Source: a virus (Duplodnaviria > Caudoviricetes). Taken from it: DNA of 45,935 nt. The notes below the pieces were generated by a model, which searched no databases, was not told where the DNA came from, and worked only from the letters and a program-made list of their open reading frames with translations. The DNA lies in IMG/VR virus record IMGVR_UViG_3300032254_000010, positions 1-45,935 of that record, one strand, 5' to 3'. Shown here piece by piece: positions 9,258 to 15,980 of the stretch; the stretch's first letter is position 1, and each line of letters begins with the position of its first letter. The translations under genes and the position numbers were made by a program.

Positions 9258-9379
9258 GTCGATTTCGTCTAGTGGAATCGCTTTATACATAGTAACCACT
9301 GCGTCAATCAAGTGTGTAAAGTTAAGGACGTCGCCTCTTCAAGGTGAAAACGGGAGTTCGAATCTCTCAATCGACACCA
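9258..9379 (+). tRNA. tRNA-Glu(TTC)-like gene with a 46-nt insertion in the D-loop
   Basis: Acceptor GTCGATT/AATCGAC plus A-CCA; D-stem GTCT/GGAC; anticodon stem TCGCC/GGTGA with loop TC-TTC-AA; T-arm GGGAG-TTCGAAT-CTCTC. Removing 9276-9321 leaves 76 nt. Confidence 0.8.
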
Positions 9380-9417
9380 AATTAATAGAAGTATTAATTT
9401 AATACAAGGAGATCAAA

Positions 9418-9783
9418 ATGTCTAAACCAAATGTAATTTCAATTGATGGTGTAAACTAAGTAAAAGAAGGGAATACTTTAGCCGAAGAAGTCGAAGGGTT
9501 GAAGTATTGTGTTGTAAGGACTTACAGTGCAGGGGTGCATATTGGATACGTTAAGGAATTCGGTATTAAGAACCCACAACACGCTGAACTACTTAAATCT
9601 CGTAGGCTTTATTCTTGGGAGAATGCGTGTAGTCTCTCTCAAGTAGCTGTAGATGGTGTTGGAGACTCTTCTAAAATAGCGATGGAAGTCCCTGTGATTG
9701 AGTTAACTGATGTTATAGAGGTGATTCCTTGCACAGAAAAATCTGCTGCGTTCTTTAAAGGAGCTAAGGTATGGAAAAATTAA
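9418..9783 (+). pseudogene. Conserved phage protein (YCVVRTYSAGVHxG family) with in-frame TAA at codon 14
   Basis: RBS AGGAG and ATG at 9418: MSKPNVISIDGVN*VKEGN...LKYCVVRTYSAGVHIG...SLSQVAVDG...EVIPC; stop at 9457-9459. The TTG at 9499 could restart translation. Confidence 0.65.
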
Positions 9784-9932
9784 TTAGATTACCTTCAATG
9801 AAAAGTAATACGGTAGATAGCTCTGGCTCTGACAATGGCTCTGGCTCTGGCTCTGGCAATGGCTCTGGCAATGGCAATGGCAATGGCTATGGTGACGGCT
9901 ACGGTGATGGCTATGGCTCTGGCAATGGCTAA
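9771..9932 (+). CDS. Small Gly-rich (GSG/GNG/GYG) repeat peptide, 53 aa
   Basis: MEKLIRLPSMKSNTVDSSGSDNGSGSGSGNG...GYGDGYGDGYGSGNG*; RBS GGAG; overlaps the end of the preceding gene. Confidence 0.6.
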   Translation: MEKLIRLPSMKSNTVDSSGSDNGSGSGSGNGSGNGNGNGYGDGYGDGYGSGNG

Positions 9933-9953
9933 TAATCTTTAAGAGGTTCTAAA

Positions 9954-10718
9954 ATGAAAACTATAAAAGCGTACTGGTTTCAACCAGAAAATGGTAAACT
10001 AGGTTATGATGATAACCGTACTGTAAAAGAAGGATTAACTCATAAGGTTGAAGGTGATCTTGCATTATGCTCTCATGGATTACATGCATCTATCAGACCC
10101 TTTGATGCTTTACAGTACACTAGAAGCTCCGTCTTATGGTTGGTCGAGCTTTCCGGTAATATTATTTATGGAGAAGATAAGGTATGTGCATCCGAGAGGA
10201 AATACATTCAAAAAAGAGATATATCAGAGACTTTAAGAGAATTCTCTAGGAACCAAGCATTGATTGGAATACATAAAATAAAACCTTACTGTACCGAAGA
10301 GGATTATAAGACCGTTATTAATTATTTGAAAACAGGCGACCCCTGTTTAAGGTCTGCTGCTCGGTCTGCTGCTCGGTCTGCTCGGTCTGCTGCTTGGTCT
10401 GCTGCTCGGTCTGCTGCTGAGTCTGCTGCTGAGTCTGCTGAGTCTGCTGCTGAGTCTGCTGAGTCTGCTGCTTGGTCTGCTGAGTCTGCTGCTTGGTCTG
10501 CTGCTTGGTCTGCTGAGTCTGCTGCTTGGTCTGCTCTGTCTGCTGCTGAGTCTGCTGCTGAGTCTGCTGAGTCTGCTGCTTGGTCTGCTGCTGAGTCTGC
10601 TTGGTCTGCTGCTTGGTCTGCTCTGTCTGCTGCTCGGTCTGCTGCTCGGTCTGCTGCTGAGTCTGCTGCTGATGAATCATTTACCTTGATGATTCAAAAA
10701 GAATTCTCTATACAGTAA
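9954..10718 (+). CDS. Phage protein with CxxGLHAS domain and SAA repeat tail (paralog 2)
   Basis: ALCSHGLHAS...DALQY...VELSG...DKVCASERKY; RBS GAGG. Confidence 0.8.
   Translation: MKTIKAYWFQPENGKLGYDDNRTVKEGLTHKVEGDLALCSHGLHASIRPFDALQYTRSSVLWLVELSGNIIYGEDKVCASERKYIQKRDISETLREFSRNQALIGIHKIKPYCTEEDYKTVINYLKTGDPCLRSAARSAARSARSAAWSAARSAAESAAESAESAAESAESAAWSAESAAWSAAWSAESAAWSALSAAESAAESAESAAWSAAESAWSAAWSALSAARSAARSAAESAADESFTLMIQKEFSIQ
10353..10670 (+). repeat. Coding tandem repeat (TCTGCT[GCT]NNG)n
   Basis: Same unit as 7012-7329, more homogeneous. Confidence 0.9.
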
Positions 10719-10818
10719 ATCGTACTTTGATGATAGTACTCATTACCCTTATTAATTACTCTAGGCGATACCTACCTAAACAATTGACTATATAACGAGC
10801 TATACAACAGGAGGAATT

Positions 10819-12582
10819 ATGGAGATTAAAGTAGGTTCATTTTATCGGTTACGGAACAATATGTATGGAATGACCCCTCTAAATGTCTTGAAATGTGAGA
10901 GATTACACGATGATGGACATCATCAATTCGCTGATCTAACGGGCACTTGCCTGTATAATAACAGCCTATCAGGTAGTCCTGGGATATATCTATCGAAAGA
11001 GACTCTAGATCAACTGCCTCCTTTAGAAGACGCGGTTTTCTTCAACAAAAGAATACCTAAAGAACCTGAAGAAGATCAGGAAGATGTTAACACAGAGTCG
11101 CCTGAAGAGACTAGAAAAAAAGATCTTCTATCTAAAATACCAACAGAGTGGACTCCGATAGCTGAATGCGAGTTCTTTTATGAACTCACTGAGATATTCA
11201 CTCACTCAAGTATATATAGTGCATTAACTAATTACAGTAATTGGCAGAACAGAGAGAGGTCTCACTTTGAAAAGAAGAGATCTCGTGTCCTTTGCTATAA
11301 ATTAAATCAAGATGATGAGTACGAAGAAGAGGTTCTTTTTTGTTACAAGGAACTTGGTCGATATGAAGATTCGTTGTATACAAAATTACCTGAAAAAGTT
11401 CTTGTGTATTTAGAGTCAATAAATGCGACACCACCTGAGGATCATTATATACATGTGTCAAGGAATAATAAGATATGCATCTCTTACACTGAATCACATA
11501 AACATGGTGAAGCAGATCGTCAGACTAGTGTCAAGATAGGCAAGTACTTAAGAAGGCATTTTGATCACTTGACAGATCCAGAAATAGCAGTAGCTTCTAG
11601 CCTATACCGTAAGGAACAATTAGGTGACATTGATGTTAAATTTGCTAGATCTAGAGCAGAGATTAAGCATGTCTATGAAAATGGCCCATCGTCATGTATG
11701 TCACATCATACATCTCACTATATAACAAGTGGTATTCATCCTTGTGAGATTTATGCTACTAATGATTGTTCTGTAGCGTACATTGAGCGTGACGGAAGGA
11801 TTACTGCACGTACAGTCATAAACGAGGTTAGGAAAGAGTACGTCCGTATTTACGGAGATGAGATTGTATTAACAGAAGGATTACAGGATTTAGGGTACAA
11901 GGAAGGCAATTTAGATGGGTGTTCTTTATTACTTCTTAGAACAAATTCAGACTTAACTATTGCACCCTATCTCGATGGAGATTGCACTTCAGTAAATGTT
12001 TTAAGCGATAAAATTGTAGTTGCTTATGACGGTGATAGAGAGATGCTAGGGCAATATGGCCTTATTGAACAAGATATGCAAAGATGTGATGAATGTGGAG
12101 AAGGTTTTGATTCAGATAAAATGTCGTGGTCGGATTACCACGATATTAGTATATGTTCCTCATGTATCGATGAATTCACGTACGCTTATTACGATTCGTA
12201 CTCAAATATAACTTACATACGTAACTCAGAAGAAACTTTTTACGCGTACAAATATGACTACTATACTTGCAATGCCTTAGAGAGTCATGGCTTACGCCTC
12301 ATAGATGACGAGGTGTACTCAATAGAGGACGATATCGTGTTCTCAGAGATCGATTCAGAATGGTATCTTTTAGATGATGTTCAGTATTACATGACTTACT
12401 CAGGGGATCTTGATTGTACTCGTACAGCAGACCTTATCCAGCCAGAGGACGAAGAATATCATATGTTAGAAGAAGATTGTTACGAGTTCAATGGGCTGTA
12501 TTACCGTTACGAGAGTAATAAAATGGAGGTAGAACATGAATTCAATACAGAACGTGAGGAAGAAAGTAAAGAAGTCGCTTAA
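10819..12582 (+). CDS. Large hypothetical protein with SCMS motif, CxxC zinc-binding pairs and acidic Tyr-rich tail
   Basis: 587 aa, RBS AGGAGG; KIGKYLR, YENGPSSCMS, RIYG, PYLD, CDEC/CSSC. Confidence 0.75.
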   Translation: MEIKVGSFYRLRNNMYGMTPLNVLKCERLHDDGHHQFADLTGTCLYNNSLSGSPGIYLSKETLDQLPPLEDAVFFNKRIPKEPEEDQEDVNTESPEETRKKDLLSKIPTEWTPIAECEFFYELTEIFTHSSIYSALTNYSNWQNRERSHFEKKRSRVLCYKLNQDDEYEEEVLFCYKELGRYEDSLYTKLPEKVLVYLESINATPPEDHYIHVSRNNKICISYTESHKHGEADRQTSVKIGKYLRRHFDHLTDPEIAVASSLYRKEQLGDIDVKFARSRAEIKHVYENGPSSCMSHHTSHYITSGIHPCEIYATNDCSVAYIERDGRITARTVINEVRKEYVRIYGDEIVLTEGLQDLGYKEGNLDGCSLLLLRTNSDLTIAPYLDGDCTSVNVLSDKIVVAYDGDREMLGQYGLIEQDMQRCDECGEGFDSDKMSWSDYHDISICSSCIDEFTYAYYDSYSNITYIRNSEETFYAYKYDYYTCNALESHGLRLIDDEVYSIEDDIVFSEIDSEWYLLDDVQYYMTYSGDLDCTRTADLIQPEDEEYHMLEEDCYEFNGLYYRYESNKMEVEHEFNTEREEESKEVA

Positions 12583-13498
12583 TATACTTAGTTATAAAAG
12601 ACCTGCTGGGTCTAAAACAGAAAAAGAAGCTATTAAAAAATTCATCGATGTCTTACCTAATGTACATATAGACGGATTCGGCAATAGAATTGTAAGAGTC
12701 GGTACAGACAACACAACAATGTTCTCTTGTCATACTGATACAGTTCATAGAACTGAAGGTATGCAACAGCCTCTATATGATCCTAATAAAGGAGAGATAT
12801 TTGTACAACATGATGAATGCTTAGGTGCAGACGATGGCGCTGGGATTGTCATTATGATTGCATTGATTAAGGCTAATATCAACGGATTGTACGTCTTCCA
12901 TCGTGAAGAAGAAATAGGTGGTAATGGGTCTAATTATATCCAGCAACATACACCTGAACTCGTCGATGGTATACTACGATGTATAGCATTCGATAGACGT
13001 GGAACTGAATCAATTATAACACATCAAGGATTTGAACGATGCTGCTCTGACAAGTTTTGTGAAGAGTTCGCACAAGAATTAATGAAATCAGGTAAATGGT
13101 TTTTCCCAGATAATACTGGGTCTTTCACCGATTCAGCTAATTATACACATCTTATACCGGAGTGTACTAATTTATCATGCGGATATGACTCTGAACACAC
13201 TTCATCTGAAACATTAGATGTCGTCTTTGTTCAAGAGTTAATAAATGCATTAGTTAATGTAGATTTTGATAACTTGATAACTGAAAGAGATCCTTGTATT
13301 GAGGATTATGATCTAGATGTTGATGGGTACAATTATGACTCTTATCTCCCAGCTAATGTTCCTTATGAGTACCCAGATATTACTAGACTCAGTAACGCAG
13401 ATATAAGTGATATGGTTTACTATGATCCAGATGACGCTATAGATCTTATCCGTGAGTACAGGAATTTTCTATTGTCTGGAGAAAGAGATGCTGGTTAA
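12536..13498 (+). CDS. M20/M28-family zinc peptidase-like protein
   Basis: Metal-ligand motifs SCHTDTVH, LGADDGAG, REEEIGG, AFDRRG, FTD, NLSCGYDSEHT. Confidence 0.85.
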   Translation: MNSIQNVRKKVKKSLNILSYKRPAGSKTEKEAIKKFIDVLPNVHIDGFGNRIVRVGTDNTTMFSCHTDTVHRTEGMQQPLYDPNKGEIFVQHDECLGADDGAGIVIMIALIKANINGLYVFHREEEIGGNGSNYIQQHTPELVDGILRCIAFDRRGTESIITHQGFERCCSDKFCEEFAQELMKSGKWFFPDNTGSFTDSANYTHLIPECTNLSCGYDSEHTSSETLDVVFVQELINALVNVDFDNLITERDPCIEDYDLDVDGYNYDSYLPANVPYEYPDITRLSNADISDMVYYDPDDAIDLIREYRNFLLSGERDAG

Positions 13499-14015
13499 CA
13501 CGTATAAATTAGTAGTACTGATGATGATAGTATCTTCCTTATTTGGATGCTCTGTAAACAAGTACGGAGTTCTGGGTGAAATTAACACAGAAATAAATAA
13601 GATACCATACAAATCAGACATATTAAATACTGGTAAGATTGATACTTGGCTAACACCTGACGAATTTTATAAGAAAAACGCTGGAGATTGTGAAGACTTT
13701 GCTATTGCTAAGTATTTTGAGTTAAGGAAGAACGGGTACATTATTAATGAAATGCTAATAACTTATGCTATGATTGATATTAATAATGAGGCACTAGCTC
13801 ACATGGTAGTAATTGTTAAGGGACTAGTCCTTGATAATGTAACGAATGATATTGTACCTCTTAAAGATAGAAAAGATTTAACCTTATCTTATCAATTTAA
13901 TGAGGATGACCTGATTATTGAAGGAAGAAGATTTCCTAGTACTAATATTTTAAAGTGGAGAAACTTAATAGAGAGGGTTAGAAAAGAGCGGCGCTCTCAG
14001 CGTCAAATTGAATAA
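13488..14015 (+). CDS. Bacterial transglutaminase-like cysteine protease (BTLCP / LapG-like), possible lipoprotein
   Basis: WLTPDEF...GDCEDFAIAKY, AHMVV and VLDN give the Cys-His-Asp triad; hydrophobic N-terminus ending in LFGC. Confidence 0.85.
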   Translation: MLVNTYKLVVLMMIVSSLFGCSVNKYGVLGEINTEINKIPYKSDILNTGKIDTWLTPDEFYKKNAGDCEDFAIAKYFELRKNGYIINEMLITYAMIDINNEALAHMVVIVKGLVLDNVTNDIVPLKDRKDLTLSYQFNEDDLIIEGRRFPSTNILKWRNLIERVRKERRSQRQIE

Positions 14016-14025
14016 ATTGTTATAT
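13987..14025 (+). mobile_element. Partial attC-like site A (right half only)
   Basis: AGCG-GCGCT-CTC-AGCGT-CAAATTGAATAAATT-GTTATAT; the left TAAC arm is absent. Confidence 0.5.
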
Positions 14026-14043
14026 TTTTATGAGGAGCAAAAA

Positions 14044-14238
14044 ATGAAATATTCAACAAGAGTTTTTATTTTAATTTTTGGATGGTTGGTGCTGTTAGTT
14101 GGTTTGATTTTAAACGGCATAATATTTCCTGTTTATTGGGTAATTAGGTACGGCTGGGAAAACACACCTTTCTTCCATAACGTAAGGGCGGGCGCAATTG
14201 GATCTTGGAAGATAATTTCTGATGCTTGGGAAATATAA
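14044..14238 (+). CDS. Cassette 1: small membrane protein
   Basis: RBS GAGGAG, ATG at 14044, hydrophobic segment; stop lies inside ATATAAC. Confidence 0.7.
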   Translation: MKYSTRVFILIFGWLVLLVGLILNGIIFPVYWVIRYGWENTPFFHNVRAGAIGSWKIISDAWEI

Positions 14239-14368
14239 CCCATAAATTGAGAGGCGCACGATGAATAAAGAATGCAAATGTAGTTTACGGGGTCAATTAG
14301 TTGGTGATGGGTGCGGAGTTTGTAACCCTGAATATGTTAGTGCGTCCGGCTCGAATGATTTGTTATGT
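14233..14368 (+). mobile_element. attC-like site B (136 bp, long loop)
   Basis: ATATAAC-CCATAAATTGAG-AGGCGCAC ... GTGCGTC-CGG-CTCGAATGATTT-GTTATGT, an imperfect inverted repeat. Confidence 0.65.
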
Positions 14369-14569
14369 TGCCCGCGCTGCGGTGGTGATGGCGGGTATAT
14401 TTTAAAAAAAGTAATGTACTACGAGCATTTGTTTGACTGGGAAGGGGTAGCCGTTTCTTCTGAAAGAACACAAAGCACAAGCGGAAAGAGAAAGCACTGT
14501 GCTGACTGCTACAAAGATATAACAGCCTTTGTGGACAAGATGGTATGCGAAGGCAGAATAGAAATATAA
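14261..14569 (+). CDS. Cassette 2: Cys-rich (CxC/CxxC) protein starting inside the attC loop
   Basis: CKC, CGVC, CPRC, CADC; stop inside ATATAAC. Confidence 0.7.
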   Translation: MNKECKCSLRGQLVGDGCGVCNPEYVSASGSNDLLCCPRCGGDGGYILKKVMYYEHLFDWEGVAVSSERTQSTSGKRKHCADCYKDITAFVDKMVCEGRIEI

Positions 14570-14619
14570 CGCAAAGCTAAGCGGCTCGTAGAGTCCGATT
14601 CTTGAGCGTTTTGTTATAT
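14564..14619 (+). mobile_element. attC-like site C (56 bp)
   Basis: ATATAAC-GCAAA-GCTAAG-CGG-CTC-GTA-GAG-T-CCG-ATT-CTTGAGC-GTTTT-GTTATAT: R''/R' pair, L''/L' pair with an extra base, unpaired spacers. Confidence 0.8.
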
Positions 14620-14640
14620 TTTACTGGGAGGATATTTGGT

Positions 14641-14808
14641 ATGAACAAGATAGTTATTATAGATAACTGTGGTATGTGCCCCCATTTTGATGATGAGTAT
14701 TATGACTACAACTCAGAATGTGAAGCGCTTAACCGGAAGATACTTGACAGGGTAATTCCTGATGACTGCCCTTTGGCTACTACTAAAGAGCCTGTTGCAG
14801 AAATATAA
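14641..14808 (+). CDS. Cassette 3: small Cys-rich protein (CxxCPxF...C...CPL)
   Basis: RBS GGGAGG, ATG at 14641; stop inside ATATAAC. Confidence 0.7.
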   Translation: MNKIVIIDNCGMCPHFDDEYYDYNSECEALNRKILDRVIPDDCPLATTKEPVAEI

Positions 14809-14862
14809 CAGCCATCATAACCAGCCGAGCGCAGCGAGGTCTGCGTTATGTAACTGTTATGA
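14803..14862 (+). mobile_element. attC-like site D (60 bp)
   Basis: ATATAAC-AG-CCAT-CATAAC-CAG-CC...GG-T-CTG-C-GTTATG-TAA-CT-GTTATGA. Confidence 0.75.
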
Positions 14863-14880
14863 AATGATTTTAAAAGTTTA

Positions 14881-15017
14881 TGGGTAGAAGCATGTAGTCA
14901 TGCAGCTATACAGCTTGGCGCATCAGCACCCCGCATGTGGGGTGATAACGCTGGACTATTCGCGGTAGTCGAAATCTGATCGCGATAGCAAGGATTAACG
15001 CCCTTGCCTACCCGCCA
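14881..15017 (+). ncRNA. Putative tRNA-like structured RNA ending in CCA
   Basis: 5' GGGTAG pairs with 3' CTACCC-G-CCA. GCAAGG/CCTTGC arm abuts the closing stem. Internal helices: GCATG/CATGC, AGCT/AGCT, ATCAG/CTGAT, CACCCC/GGGGTG, GACTA/TAGTC. GC-rich intergenic island. Confidence 0.55.
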
Positions 15018-15037
15018 TATTAACGAGGGAGAGATAC

Positions 15038-15325
15038 ATGCCTTACACAACCGACCCAGTTCGAGATGCAGAGATATTTTATCTGGATAGAGAGCGTCAA
15101 CAAGAAAAATATGACGAAGAGTTCGATCAAAGGTACGAAGGAAACCTTTACGATTTCGCCATGTTCCAATCTTTCCTTCACGACCTAGACACATCAAAAC
15201 CTGAAATTAAATTATTCTTTGATCAAATGAATGGTGATCAAATAGACAAATGTTATGCTTATGATCATATTATATTATTGTACGAAGAATACGTCAAAGA
15301 AATCACGGAGTTATTAAATGAATGA
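15038..15325 (+). CDS. Hypothetical acidic protein
   Basis: RBS GAGGGAG; 95 aa; TTDPVRDAE motif. Confidence 0.7.
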   Translation: MPYTTDPVRDAEIFYLDRERQQEKYDEEFDQRYEGNLYDFAMFQSFLHDLDTSKPEIKLFFDQMNGDQIDKCYAYDHIILLYEEYVKEITELLNE

Positions 15326-15533
15326 TTTACTTAGATCGATAGTGATACTTATCACTGGGTTAGGCACACTTATAATAATCCTTGTAGGAGTAGTCCAGCA
15401 AAACATTATCCAGAAGATAGATACAATCCATAATACTATGAACTCAAAATCTATCGTACGGTGTTATGCAAGATCTGTACCAGATCAAAATAGCACATTC
15501 CACGTTATAAAATGCCCTAGGGGGATGAAATGA
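15318..15533 (+). CDS. Hypothetical protein with N-terminal TM helix
   Basis: Overlapping start/stop, RBS GGAG. Confidence 0.65.
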   Translation: MNDLLRSIVILITGLGTLIIILVGVVQQNIIQKIDTIHNTMNSKSIVRCYARSVPDQNSTFHVIKCPRGMK

Positions 15534-15817
15534 AGCAATTGTCTAAAGAACAAGCTGAACGTCAGATTGAAGAATTGCAGGCTTACATAAAAGCATTAAA
15601 ACAAAATACATTTAAGTGCGGTGACAAGTTTATGGTTGAGAGAGATTTAATGATACTGACACAAGTATATGACAGAGTGTATTGTCTTATTTCTTTGTCA
15701 AGTGGTAATCGTTACAAGAATCCTATACATCTCGACTATCCTAGTAATAGTATTCCTTTTATAGAAGTTGAACGATTAGGTTATGAGGTTAAAAAGCATG
15801 AACTCAAAGAGAGCTAA
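15530..15817 (+). CDS. Hypothetical protein
   Basis: ATGA coupling, RBS GGGGG. Confidence 0.65.
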   Translation: MKQLSKEQAERQIEELQAYIKALKQNTFKCGDKFMVERDLMILTQVYDRVYCLISLSSGNRYKNPIHLDYPSNSIPFIEVERLGYEVKKHELKES

Positions 15818-15980
15818 GATTTTAAGAAAGGTAGCCAAGCAGTTTAAAGATATTGGTGTATATGAAGATCATGTATCAGAACGAGCAATATATAAACAAA
15901 TAAAGAAAGCTGACAAAAAATTAAATACTGTACAAAAGGAACTATATAGTGCTGATAAAATCAAAGCAACCTTGTCCTGA
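15798..15980 (+). CDS. Small basic hypothetical protein
   Basis: MNSKRAKILRK; RBS GAGG before the ATG at 15798. Confidence 0.6.
   Translation: MNSKRAKILRKVAKQFKDIGVYEDHVSERAIYKQIKKADKKLNTVQKELYSADKIKATLS

Noticed and set aside
9220-9402. 60-aa ORF
   Set aside because: Overlies the tRNA-like gene, has a TTG start and no RBS
10318-10680. Gln/Thr-rich minus-strand ORF
   Set aside because: Antisense shadow of the SAA repeat
6604-10718. Diversity-generating retroelement (TR/VR pair)
   Set aside because: No reverse transcriptase in the genome, and differences between the repeats are not adenine-specific
14940-14985. Hammerhead ribozyme (GAAA and CTGAT present)
   Set aside because: The CUGAnGA core is incomplete and the helix order does not match
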